Source of the DNA: Nitrospinaceae bacterium
GTDB taxonomy: Bacteria > Nitrospinota > Nitrospinia > Nitrospinales > VA-1
Reading direction: 5' to 3'
Assembly: GCA_046754465.1 (NCBI GenBank)
Contig: JBHHVU010000001.1
Coordinates: 32,001-96,000 of the forward strand
Length of the DNA: 64,000 nt
In this document: in pieces, positions 1 to 10,911 of the stretch
Layout of the letters: the number at the start of each line of letters is the position of its first letter
Numbering within the stretch: the stretch's first letter is position 1
The notes under the pieces: generated by a model
Told to the model about the DNA's origin: nothing
Seen by the model: the letters and a program-made list of their open reading frames with translations, nothing else
Databases searched by the model: none
Translations under genes and position numbers: made by a program

Positions 1-1241
<1,241 letters not shown>

Positions 1242-2531
1242 TCAGCCCCTCGCCTGTTTCAATGCAAGGAGGTTGGCCTCGATGGTTTTCCCAATATCCT
1301 CTTCGGTATGGACCGCGGACATGAAACCCGCTTCAAACTGCGACGGCGCGATGTAGACCCCCGCTTCCAAAAGGGCATTGAAATAACGTTGAAAGAATCC
1401 GGTATCGCAGGATTTGACAGAAGTGAAATCCACGATCTTCCGATCGGTAAAAAACATCGAAAACATCGACCCCACACGCGTCAACTTCGCCGGGATTCCC
1501 AGTTTTTCAGTGTTTTCCCCAAAACCCTGGCACAACTTGCGGGATTTCTCTTCCAGGTCCCGATAAACCCGATCATCGGACAACAGGTCGAGCATCACGT
1601 TTCCCGCCGCCATGGCCAACGGATTCCCGGAAAGGGTGCCTGCCTGGTAGATGGACCCCTGGGGTGCCACCTGGTCCATGAACTTTTTCGCTCCGCCGTA
1701 AGCCCCCACCGGCAACCCGCCCCCGATAATCTTTCCCAGGCAGGTGAGGTCGGGTTGAATGCCGTATAGTTTCTGCGCCCCTCCCAATGAAACCCGGAAC
1801 CCGGTGATGACCTCATCAAAGATCAAAAGAGCGCCGGCCTGTTGGGTCACTTCCCTCAGGGTCTCCAAAAACCCCGCCTGGGGGGCCACGACCCCCATAT
1901 TCCCGGCGACGGGTTCCACGATGAGGCAGGCTATTTCCCCACCCTCACGGCCGAAGAGGTCCCTTACCTGCTGGGCATCGTTAAAGGGAAGGGTGAGGGT
2001 ATTCTTGGCCAGGCCGGCGACGATACCGGGGCAATCAGGGATCCCCAGGGAGGCCAGCCCCGATCCGGCCTTGACGAGCAGGCTGTCGCCGTGCCCGTGG
2101 TAGCATCCCTCGAATTTCACGATTTTATCCCGTCCGGTGATCCCGCGTGCGAGCCGGAGGGCGCTCATGACCGCCTCCGTGCCGGAATTGACCATCCGCA
2201 CCACCTCGATGGAGGGAACAGCCGCAACGACCTTCTCGGCCAGCGTAATCTCCTGCTCCGTGGGCGCCCCGAAACTGGTGCCCAGAACCGCCTGACGGTT
2301 CACCGCCTCCACGATCCTCGGGTGAGCGTGGCCGAAGATTAATGGTCCCCATGAGGACACGTAGTCGATAAATTCGTTGCCATCGGCATCGGTGACCCGA
2401 GTTCCCCGGGCTTTCTGAATAAACAGGGGATGGCCGCCCACGGCTTTAAACGCCCGGACGGGACTGTTCACGCCTCCCGGAATAACTTTCAAGGCCCTGG
2501 CAAACAGTTTTTCGGATTGAGATCGGTTCAC
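1242..2531 (-). CDS. hemL: Glutamate-1-semialdehyde 2,1-aminomutase
   Basis: [47 protein letters not shown] motifs. Confidence 0.97.
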   Translation of the reverse strand: MNRSQSEKLFARALKVIPGGVNSPVRAFKAVGGHPLFIQKARGTRVTDADGNEFIDYVSSWGPLIFGHAHPRIVEAVNRQAVLGTSFGAPTEQEITLAEKVVAAVPSIEVVRMVNSGTEAVMSALRLARGITGRDKIVKFEGCYHGHGDSLLVKAGSGLASLGIPDCPGIVAGLAKNTLTLPFNDAQQVRDLFGREGGEIACLIVEPVAGNMGVVAPQAGFLETLREVTQQAGALLIFDEVITGFRVSLGGAQKLYGIQPDLTCLGKIIGGGLPVGAYGGAKKFMDQVAPQGSIYQAGTLSGNPLAMAAGNVMLDLLSDDRVYRDLEEKSRKLCQGFGENTEKLGIPAKLTRVGSMFSMFFTDRKIVDFTSVKSCDTGFFQRYFNALLEAGVYIAPSQFEAGFMSAVHTEEDIGKTIEANLLALKQARG

Positions 2532-3391
2532 AGGGATTTCCCGAATAAAATGGAAAGTTCTTCTTTTAATTTGGGGGAGCGGACCTTAGGATCAGTCACA
2601 ATGGCGTTTTCAGCCGCCGTTCCGCACTGGCAGCCTCTTTCGGCGGGAAGCCGGGGAACCATTTCGCGGACCACGCTTTGCGCGGCTTCGACATTTTTAT
2701 GCATGATTTCCATCACCGCTTCCAGGGTGACGGGTTCTTCCTCGATCCGCCAGCAATCGTAATCGGTGACCAGGGCGAGGGTGGCGTAACAGAGTCCCGC
2801 CTCCCGGGCCAGCTTGGCCTCGGTCACGTTGGTCATCCCAATCACATCCACCCCCCATTGCCGGTAGAGGTGGGATTCGGCCCGGGTGGAAAACTGCGGA
2901 CCCTCGATACAAATGTAGGTTCCGCCCTCATGAACGGGGGGACCCGCCTTGCGGGCCGCCTGGGTCAACACCCGGGCCATCTCCGGGCATATCGGATCAG
3001 AAAATCCCACATGACCCGCGAGCCCGGTGGTGAAAAATGTGCTGACCCGGCGATGGGTCCGGTCTATGAACTGATCGGGCACCGCGAAGTGACCGGGTTG
3101 GATCTCCTCCTTCATGCTGCCTACCGCACTGACAGAAACGATCCGTTCCACCCCGATCTTTTTCATGGCGAAGATGTTGGCCCTAAAATTGATTTCGGAG
3201 GGCGGAATCGCATGCCCCTGCCCATGACGGGGCAAAAACGCCACCCGAACGCCCGACAATTCCCCGAGAATCAACTCCGCCGAGGGGGCGCCATAAGGCG
3301 TTTCAACGGAACACTCCTCCAATATCTTCAACTCCTTCATTTGGTACAAACCGCTGCCGCCGATGATCCCCAGGGCCTTGTCCGCCATCAT
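2528..3391 (-). CDS. mtnP: S-methyl-5'-thioadenosine phosphorylase
   Basis: [34 protein letters not shown] motifs. Confidence 0.93.
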   Translation of the reverse strand: MMADKALGIIGGSGLYQMKELKILEECSVETPYGAPSAELILGELSGVRVAFLPRHGQGHAIPPSEINFRANIFAMKKIGVERIVSVSAVGSMKEEIQPGHFAVPDQFIDRTHRRVSTFFTTGLAGHVGFSDPICPEMARVLTQAARKAGPPVHEGGTYICIEGPQFSTRAESHLYRQWGVDVIGMTNVTEAKLAREAGLCYATLALVTDYDCWRIEEEPVTLEAVMEIMHKNVEAAQSVVREMVPRLPAERGCQCGTAAENAIVTDPKVRSPKLKEELSILFGKSL

Positions 3392-3490
3392 GCATCTTTC
3401 TTTAAAAAATGTTTCAATCGGGAAGGTTGAACCTCAATACGCAAAGATCCCCAACCGGAGAAAAGAATTCCGCCCGGTCCGACACCGGGT

Positions 3491-5785
3491 CTATTGTTCG
3501 ATTCCACTGGGACTCGGCTTGATTTTTTCCGCCTGCTTTAAAAGGAATTTGAGTTCCGAGATCTGGTCGCCTGCCAATCGCAGGGCCGCTTCTTCCTGTT
3601 TCAAGCTCTGGATCTTCATGTCCACGTCTTCGGCCATCAGTTTCAGATTGCTCAAGCGCTTATCGACATCATCCAGCAACCGGATTTTATTATTGAGCGT
3701 GTCAATTTTTGATTCCGCCTCCTCGGTGATGGAGGTGAGCTTTTCGATGTTGATGTTAATTTTATTCAAGTTCTCTTTTTCGCGGTCGATGCGTTCCTTT
3801 TCCGCGAACACCCGGTGGATCACCATGTCGAGCTTGGATAGGGCTTCCTGCGTGTCGCGAATTTTATCTTCACTGGAGGCGACCTGCTTGATCCTCGTTT
3901 CGACTTGAGTCACCATGGTGCTCAATTGTTCAATTTTCTTTTCGGAGTGGATGATGAATTCTTCTTTGTCATCCAGGGCTTCCTGCCTGGCATTCAGCTC
4001 CTTCATTTTATTGTTGAGTTCATTGATTCGATTATCGATGCTCTGGACCTGGTCCTTATCCTTGGATAGGGTCTCGATCTTGTTCTCGAAGTTTACGATG
4101 ATCTGGCCCAGATCCGCGCGGATATGATCGATTTTATTGATGTCTTCCTTCGCCTCCTGTAATTCCTTGAACTTGCTGCGCAACTCTATTTCGAGGATGC
4201 TCTGTTTTGAGGCCAAGTTGTTCATTCTCTTTTCCTGGTCGTCGATGGCGGCCTTTTCCTTGGCGATATCCAGGATTTTCTCCTCCACTTCGTTGGCCAT
4301 GTATTTCAGCCCTTCCAGTTTCTGGTCGATTTTTTCCAGGAAGTCGATTTTCTTGCTCACCTTGGCGATTTTTATATTCGCTTCCTCAATGAAAAAATCC
4401 AGACCATCGACCTTTTTCTCCATCTTTTCGATCAGGGTTTTCCTCTGCATCTGGGTTTCCATCTTGACATCGAGGCTGATGACCATCGAACTCAGATCGT
4501 TGATCTTTTTATCCACCTGGTCGACCAGGTTCTGCTTGCGAATGACCTCATCCATTTGCAGGCGGGTGGACTCGTTGATCTCCTCGATTTGCTTGAGTAT
4601 CACCGCGATGGAATCCACCTTTTTAATTTCATCATCCAAACGCTTGACTTTCTGCTCGGCCTCTTCGGCCATGACGTTGAACCGGTTCATCTTGTCGTTG
4701 GCGATATCGATGTTTTTCATCTCCTCCTTCAGCAACATCATCTTGTTACTCAAGTTATCCATGAGAAAGGAATTCAGCTTGTTGATCTTTTCCTCGGTTT
4801 TCTCGATGGAGGCTTTTTCGTCCTGAATCCGGGAGATTTTAGTTTCCACATCCACCGACAGCGCGTCGAGGTCTCTCAACCGCCCGCTGATGCTGCGGAT
4901 CATTTCATTTTTAACGGAGATGTTCTTCGATTCGATTTTCAGGTCGCGGATTTCCTGGTCGAGCCGGTTCAGGGATTCGTTGGTTTCGCGGACGAGGTGG
5001 CTTTTTCCCAGAAGCTGGTCGTAGTCTTCCTGAACCGTTTCCAGGATTCGCCGCAATTCCTCAGTATCCTTCGCGTAGCTTTTGATCACTTCCTTTTCTT
5101 TCAGAATCTGACCATACCGGGACTCCAGTTCCTTAAGGGTCACCTTCATTTCGGACACCTTGGCGGAACCCGTTTTCATCATCTCCTTGAATCCCACGAC
5201 TTCTTCCACCCGGCCGGAAACCTGGTCGAGCATATTTTCAAGCCGATTGATACCGCGGTCGGCATTTTTGATCAGTTTATTTTCTTCCTTGAGTTTCTTG
5301 ATCTTTGAATCCATGTCCCAGATCAGGACATTGAGCCGGCCGGCGTCTTCGTTGGCTTTTTCAACGATCCCTCTCTGTTGATGCAGGCTCTTGATCTTGT
5401 GGTCGATATGTTCGGTGAGCAAATGCAGCTCGTCCAATTCCCGTTTGAGCACCTTGTAATTGGACTCGAGTTCCTTGGAGATGCGCTGAAAATCGCGCAC
5501 CCGAACATCCACGGTTTTGATTTCCTCGAACCGATTCTGCAGATGGTCGAGTTTTTTCAGCGTATCCGGAACCTGGCCGCTGATCTTGTCGAAATAATGC
5601 TTTCTTTCATCCAGATCCTCGGATTTCTGCTCAAAATACTCGACGAGCATTTGCAGATTTTTCCGCTCTTGCGCGGCGACTTCTAATAACTCTTTGAAAT
5701 CATTAGCATTAAATCCTTCGGGAGAAGCTGGGTTGGTTTTTCCCGAGGTTTCTTCAGGATTTCTTGTTTCAGGATCGTTTGGCAT
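3491..5785 (-). CDS. Long coiled-coil protein of unknown function with 31-residue repeat
   Basis: 764 aa, E/K/I/L/D-rich, almost no Pro or Gly in the body, no ATPase motif or TM segment. Confidence 0.85.
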   Translation of the reverse strand: MPNDPETRNPEETSGKTNPASPEGFNANDFKELLEVAAQERKNLQMLVEYFEQKSEDLDERKHYFDKISGQVPDTLKKLDHLQNRFEEIKTVDVRVRDFQRISKELESNYKVLKRELDELHLLTEHIDHKIKSLHQQRGIVEKANEDAGRLNVLIWDMDSKIKKLKEENKLIKNADRGINRLENMLDQVSGRVEEVVGFKEMMKTGSAKVSEMKVTLKELESRYGQILKEKEVIKSYAKDTEELRRILETVQEDYDQLLGKSHLVRETNESLNRLDQEIRDLKIESKNISVKNEMIRSISGRLRDLDALSVDVETKISRIQDEKASIEKTEEKINKLNSFLMDNLSNKMMLLKEEMKNIDIANDKMNRFNVMAEEAEQKVKRLDDEIKKVDSIAVILKQIEEINESTRLQMDEVIRKQNLVDQVDKKINDLSSMVISLDVKMETQMQRKTLIEKMEKKVDGLDFFIEEANIKIAKVSKKIDFLEKIDQKLEGLKYMANEVEEKILDIAKEKAAIDDQEKRMNNLASKQSILEIELRSKFKELQEAKEDINKIDHIRADLGQIIVNFENKIETLSKDKDQVQSIDNRINELNNKMKELNARQEALDDKEEFIIHSEKKIEQLSTMVTQVETRIKQVASSEDKIRDTQEALSKLDMVIHRVFAEKERIDREKENLNKININIEKLTSITEEAESKIDTLNNKIRLLDDVDKRLSNLKLMAEDVDMKIQSLKQEEAALRLAGDQISELKFLLKQAEKIKPSPSGIEQ

Positions 5786-5941
5786 GGCTGGACCCCTGGA
5801 AGAAGGTTGGGGAAGGATGTTTTTGAACTCGGCTTGGTTCCTCTAAGTTGCAATTAAATATAAACTTGCGGCGCGGACTTTGTCAAGGTTATGTCCCGTT
5901 GCCAAGACCCGGGTTCTCCAGGCTTGGATAAAATTCCCGGT

Positions 5942-6964
5942 TCAGGATCGATGCAGCAGGAGTTCGGCGATTTGCACCGCATTCAAGGCCGCTCCCTTTC
6001 TCAGATTATCGGCGACTACCCAGAAGTTGATCGCGTTTTCCTTTGATAAATCGTCTCGTAATCGCCCCACGAAAACGTCATCCCGGCCTTCCGCATCGAC
6101 GGCTAGAGGATACTCATTTTTTTCCGGCCCGTCCACCACCCGCAGCCCAGGATAATTGGACAACAGGTCTTTTACTTCCCGGGCGGACAGGGGCCGTTCA
6201 GTTTCCACGTTCACGGATTCGGAATGGGAATAAAATACCGGCACCCGCACCGCGGTCGGGGAAATCTGGATGGATTCATCTTCCAGAATTTTTCGCGTCT
6301 CGTGAACCATCTTCATTTCTTCCTTGGTATAACCGTTCTCCAAAAAAACATCGATGTGAGGAAGACAGTTGAAAGCAATCTGGTGGGGATAGACCCTTTT
6401 CTCAACGGGCTTATCCTCCAGAACGTTTTGGGATTGCGCCACCAGTTCGGAGATGGCTTTCTGACCCGACCCGGACACCGATTGGTAGGTGGAGACCACC
6501 ACGCGTTTGATGCGGTATTTCCGGTGAATCGGGTGCAGGGCGAGAACCATCTGAATGGTGGAACAATTGGGATTGGAAATGATTCCGGAATGGCCATCCA
6601 CCGCATGCGGGTTGACCTCCGGAACAATCAACGGAACATTTTTTTCCATGCGGAAAGCGCTACTGTTGTCGATCACCACGCAGTTGGACTTCACCGCGCA
6701 GGAGGCGAATTGACGGCTGATGGACGCTCCCGCGGAAAACAGCGCCAGGTCGACTCCCTGGAAAGAATTTTCGGTGAGTTCCTTGACCACCACCGGCTCC
6801 CCCCTGAAGGACAGCGTCTGGCCCGATGAGCGCGAGGAAGCCAGCGGTTTCAGGCGGGCGACGGGAAAATCCCTTTCCTCCAGAATGGAAACCATCCGGC
6901 GTCCCACCGCTCCCGTAGCCCCCACCACCGCAACCTGATACCGTGATTTTTTCTCAAGATTCAC
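5942..6964 (-). CDS. asd: Aspartate-semialdehyde dehydrogenase
   Basis: [31 protein letters not shown]. Likely GTG start at 6964 overlapping the leuB stop (GTGA). Confidence 0.96.
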   Translation of the reverse strand: MNLEKKSRYQVAVVGATGAVGRRMVSILEERDFPVARLKPLASSRSSGQTLSFRGEPVVVKELTENSFQGVDLALFSAGASISRQFASCAVKSNCVVIDNSSAFRMEKNVPLIVPEVNPHAVDGHSGIISNPNCSTIQMVLALHPIHRKYRIKRVVVSTYQSVSGSGQKAISELVAQSQNVLEDKPVEKRVYPHQIAFNCLPHIDVFLENGYTKEEMKMVHETRKILEDESIQISPTAVRVPVFYSHSESVNVETERPLSAREVKDLLSNYPGLRVVDGPEKNEYPLAVDAEGRDDVFVGRLRDDLSKENAINFWVVADNLRKGAALNAVQIAELLLHRS

Positions 6965-8046
6965 TTTTTTTCCAATTCCTCCAGGACGAGGTCGCCCATG
7001 GCGGTGGTCCCCACTTCTTTCATTCCCCGGGACATAATATCGCGCGTGCGGAAACCCCGGTTCAGAACCGATTCCACCGCCGCCTCGATCCACGTCCAGG
7101 GTTCTTCCCGATTCAAGGAGTATTTAAATAGCATTCCCACGGAGAGAATAGTGGCCAGCGGGTTGGCATGCCCCTGGCCCGCGATGTCCGGCGCGCTTCC
7201 GTGAATGGGTTCGTACATACCGGTACTGCCGCCCAGGCTGGCGGAGGGGAGCATTCCTATCGAACCGGTGAGCATCGATGCTTCGTCGCTTAGGATATCC
7301 CCGAACATATTCGTGGTCAAGATCACATCGAATTGCCGGGGGTTCCGAACCAGTTGCATGGCGCAATTGTCCACGTACATGTGCCGAAGGGATATGTCCG
7401 GAAAATCATTATGGATTCGGTCCACCACTTCGCGCCAGAGCCCGGTGGCCTCGAGAACGTTGGCTTTATCGACCGAGACCACGCTTTTGTTCCTTTTGCG
7501 GGCCACCTCAAAAGCCATCCGGGCGATACGTTCAATCTCGGCTTCGGTATAAACCAGGGTATTGACCCCTTTGCGGGAACCGTCCGCAAGGGTTTCGATG
7601 CCCCGGGGTTCTCCAAAATAAATGCCCCCCGTGAGCTCCCGGACCACCAGGAGGTCCAATCCGCGGACCACTTCGGGTTTCAGGGTGGATGCGTCCGCCA
7701 GCGCGGGGAAAATTTTGGCGGGACGCAGGTTGGCATACAGTTTGAGAGAAGACCGCAGGCCCAGGAGCGCCCTTTCCGGACGCAGGGAAAATTCAAGATT
7801 TTCCCAACGGTGTCCCCCCACCGCGCCAAGGAGAACCGCGTCGGCCTTTTTCGCCGTTTGCAGGGACTCTTCGGGCAGCGGATGCCCTCCGGCTTCGTAT
7901 CCCGCCCCACCCACCGGAGCCTCCTCCAACTTGAGCTCAAGATCCAACCGCGAAGCCACCCGCTTCAGAATCTTGACCGCTTCCCTCACCACCTCCGGTC
8001 CGATCCCATCTCCAGGCAAAAGCGCAATGGTGAATTCATTTTTCAT
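6961..8046 (-). CDS. leuB: 3-isopropylmalate dehydrogenase
   Basis: [45 protein letters not shown]. Confidence 0.97.
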   Translation of the reverse strand: MKNEFTIALLPGDGIGPEVVREAVKILKRVASRLDLELKLEEAPVGGAGYEAGGHPLPEESLQTAKKADAVLLGAVGGHRWENLEFSLRPERALLGLRSSLKLYANLRPAKIFPALADASTLKPEVVRGLDLLVVRELTGGIYFGEPRGIETLADGSRKGVNTLVYTEAEIERIARMAFEVARKRNKSVVSVDKANVLEATGLWREVVDRIHNDFPDISLRHMYVDNCAMQLVRNPRQFDVILTTNMFGDILSDEASMLTGSIGMLPSASLGGSTGMYEPIHGSAPDIAGQGHANPLATILSVGMLFKYSLNREEPWTWIEAAVESVLNRGFRTRDIMSRGMKEVGTTAMGDLVLEELEKK

Positions 8047-8188
8047 TCAGGAAGTTCCTTGTAATGGATCGAGACAGGCCGGGGCATCGCACAGGTTTCA
8101 TCCCGCGCCCCCCAATCTTCGATGGAATGATTCCCTATGGGATACCACGATGCAGAGCGGGGCACGCCGGAGGCGTGAAGTTCCCGCA

Positions 8189-8216
8189 AGTATATCGGCA
8201 TAATATCCGTTGTAAA
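8189..8216 (-). promoter_or_regulatory. Putative sigma70 promoter for leuB-asd
   Basis: Minus strand TTTACA-16 bp-TATACT about 140 nt upstream of leuB. Confidence 0.4.
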
Positions 8217-8331
8217 TATTTTTTTTTGACTTATCATATTTTTTCCCGTTCCCGGACCGCCTGAAGGCAGCTTTTCCCTTTTGGGGAATGGCCCACGGCC
8301 GTAAAACCATCCATTCATTTTCCCCGGTTCC

Positions 8332-9102
8332 ATGATCCATGGTAAAAGCATCGCGGTGGTGATGCCGGCATACAATGCCGAAAAAACCCTGAGGCACACT
8401 TACCAGGAAATCCCCCATGAGGTGGTAGATAAAATCATCCTCACTGATGACGCCAGCCAGGACCAAACCGTCCGGGTCGCCCGGGATCTCAATATCCACA
8501 CCCTGTCTCACCTGAAAAACCGGGGCTATGGCGCCAATCAAAAGACCTGTTACCAGGAGGCCCTCCGGTGCGGCTGCGATATCGTCATCATGTTGCACCC
8601 GGATTACCAATACACTCCCCGCCTCATCACCGCCATGGCCTCCATGATCGCCGAGGGGGTGTTTGATGTGGTGATCGGCTCGCGCATTCTCGGGAACCAG
8701 GCGATGGCGGGGGGAATGCCGGGTTATAAGTATGTCGCCAACCGCTTTCTCACCCTCATGGAGAACCTGCTCATCGACCAGAAACTTTCCGAATATCACA
8801 CCGGCTATCGAGCTTTCAGCGCGCAGGTTCTGGAATCCATTCCTCTCCTCGAAAATTCGGACGATTTTGTCTTCGATAACGAGATGCTCCTTCAGGCCAT
8901 GTTTTTCGGGTACCGGGTTGGCGAAGTGTCGTGTCCCGCCCGGTATTTCCCGGAGGCCTCCTCGATCAGTTTCCGAAGAAGCATCACCTACGGGCTGGGC
9001 GTGCTGAAAACCGCCTTGAAGTATTGCCTGGCGAAACGAGGTCTCTCATCGCCCCCGATTTTTGACGCGCAGGGGAAAAAGCTCGAGCCGCGAAATAAAT
9101 AA
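8332..9102 (+). CDS. Glycosyltransferase family 2 (DPM1-like)
   Basis: VVMPAYN, DDASQD, NRGYGANQK, HPDYQY, EYHTGYRAFS. Confidence 0.9.
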   Translation: MIHGKSIAVVMPAYNAEKTLRHTYQEIPHEVVDKIILTDDASQDQTVRVARDLNIHTLSHLKNRGYGANQKTCYQEALRCGCDIVIMLHPDYQYTPRLITAMASMIAEGVFDVVIGSRILGNQAMAGGMPGYKYVANRFLTLMENLLIDQKLSEYHTGYRAFSAQVLESIPLLENSDDFVFDNEMLLQAMFFGYRVGEVSCPARYFPEASSISFRRSITYGLGVLKTALKYCLAKRGLSSPPIFDAQGKKLEPRNK

Positions 9103-9200
9103 CTCCTTCTCCCGGGTCCCCAGACCGCAAAAATGGGACTCCTTGAAAATTTACGGCAAAGGATTATATTGTTACGAGAAGTTTAATTTGCAGGTTCGCC

Positions 9201-9758
9201 ATGGATCAAAATGTGAAAAATAAAAAGGATGTTGTAAAGGAAAAATCCAAGGAAAAAAAAGGCAAAACCGAGGATACACTTTGGTCGCGGAGGGAGTTTT
9301 TCTCTCTTGCCGGCTGGATGGGATTTATGAGTTCCCTGGGGCTCTCCTCCCTGTATTTTGTGCGTCTTCTGTTCCCCCGGGTCCTGTTTGAACCCTCGCC
9401 TGTTTTTCTCGCGGGCAATCCAGAGGATTATACGGTCGGTGAGGTCAGTACCAAGTGGGTCAAGTCGCAGAGGGTTTGGATCGTCCGGGATCATAAGGGA
9501 ATTTACGCCATCCTGGCAAAATGCACTCACTTGGGCTGTACCCCCCGCTGGTTGAGGACTGAAAACAAATACAAATGTCCCTGTCACGGCAGCGGTTTCA
9601 CCAAGGAGGGGATCAACTTTGAAGGTCCCGCCCCCCGGCCGTTGGAACGGTTGAAAATTACCCTGGCTCCGGATGGCCAAATCAAAATCGATAAAAGTAA
9701 AAAATTCCTCTGGGAAAAAAAGCAATGGGACGATCCCGGCGCCATATTAACCGTTTGA
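9201..9758 (+). CDS. Rieske 2Fe-2S protein (bc complex iron-sulfur subunit type) with Tat anchor
   Basis: SRREFF twin-arginine plus TM helix; CTHLGC and CPCHGS boxes; GPAPRPL. Confidence 0.92.
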   Translation: MDQNVKNKKDVVKEKSKEKKGKTEDTLWSRREFFSLAGWMGFMSSLGLSSLYFVRLLFPRVLFEPSPVFLAGNPEDYTVGEVSTKWVKSQRVWIVRDHKGIYAILAKCTHLGCTPRWLRTENKYKCPCHGSGFTKEGINFEGPAPRPLERLKITLAPDGQIKIDKSKKFLWEKKQWDDPGAILTV

Positions 9759-9790
9759 AATCCCTCCGGCCCTCATTTTAGTTCGACAGA

Positions 9791-10609
9791 TCAAGCCCTT
9801 CCCTTTTTCACCCTGGAAATTTTACCCTTTTTCAACCCCTTTTGCCCGGCGGCTATTCCCCTCTTTTTATTGTCATAGAATACCTCGACGAGAAAAAGTC
9901 CCTGGGCTCTTGCGGTGGGACCGGCGTTTTTCCGGTCGCGGGATTCAAGAATCTCCTTAACCCGCGCGGGCGGGATTTTCCGTTTTCCCACCTGAACCAG
10001 GGTGCCCACCAGATTCCGCACCATGTACTTTAAGAATCCGTTGCCGTCGAAATGAAGATGAATGAAGTCCCCTTTTCTGGAGATGTCGATTTTATTCAAC
10101 TCCCGCACTGGGTTTTTAGCCTCGCAATTGGCCGCCCGGAACGCGGAAAAGTCGTGCCTCCCCTCCAGATAGGTCTTGGCCCGCCGCATCGCCCGTAGAT
10201 CGAGGGGAAATTGAATGAACCAGCACCGGTGGTGCGCCAGGGCGGAGGGATAATCCCGGTTGAGAATGGTAAAACGGTAAATCTTGCGCACCGCCGATTT
10301 TTGCGCATGGAAGTCCCGGGGCACTTCCTCAACCTGTTTCACCACGATGTCCGGAGGCAGCAGACTGTTCAGGGCCATTAAAAACTGGTGACAGGTCATC
10401 TCGGATTCCGTCACGAAATGGGCAACTTGGCCCTCGGCATGGACCCCGGAATCGGTCCGTCCCGATCCCACCACGGATGTTTTTTTCTTGGTAATCTTTT
10501 GAAGGCATTCCTGAAGAATTTCCTGAATGGTGACGCCGTTGGGTTGGACTTGCCACCCATGGTACCGGGTCCCCTCGTATTCTATGATGAGTTTGATTTT
10601 CCGGGTCAA
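9791..10609 (-). CDS. truA: tRNA pseudouridine(38-40) synthase
   Basis: YEGTRYHGWQVQ, GRTDSGVHAEGQV, GFLKYMVRNLVG. Confidence 0.96.
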   Translation of the reverse strand: MTRKIKLIIEYEGTRYHGWQVQPNGVTIQEILQECLQKITKKKTSVVGSGRTDSGVHAEGQVAHFVTESEMTCHQFLMALNSLLPPDIVVKQVEEVPRDFHAQKSAVRKIYRFTILNRDYPSALAHHRCWFIQFPLDLRAMRRAKTYLEGRHDFSAFRAANCEAKNPVRELNKIDISRKGDFIHLHFDGNGFLKYMVRNLVGTLVQVGKRKIPPARVKEILESRDRKNAGPTARAQGLFLVEVFYDNKKRGIAAGQKGLKKGKISRVKKGRA

Positions 10610-10636
10610 CGACGGACGCCTCCGGGGGGTTGATAT

Positions 10637-10671
10637 AAAAAAACGCGTTGCCGGCCTAGCAACGCGTTTTT
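10637..10671. terminator. Intrinsic terminator-like hairpin, possibly bidirectional
   Basis: AAAAACGCGTTGC-cggccta-GCAACGCGTTTTT perfect stem with an A/T tract on each side. Confidence 0.75.
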
Positions 10672-10911
10672 CTTTTCTTTCTGGCCCGACTCACTACTTT
10701 CGGGTCCGTTCATATTTATATATGAACTTAAAATTCTCTCAAACTGGCATTCTCGAAAGGTGGACTCACAGCTCCTATAAAACCTCCTTGAGTTGATGTT
10801 AGTCTCAAACCCTCCAAATCCAAATATATGCCTAACGATTGGGATTGCAACTTATTTTTTTCTCGCGAAATTATTTCAGGGGAAACAGATAAGTCTTTTT
10901 ATTTCAATATA

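Noticed and set aside
3491..5785. SMC/SbcC ATPase or phage tape-measure protein
   Set aside because: No Walker motifs or hinge, and no phage tail context
6965..7093. N-terminal extension of Asd given in the ORF track
   Set aside because: It overlaps the leuB coding region; Asd homology starts after the GTG at 6964
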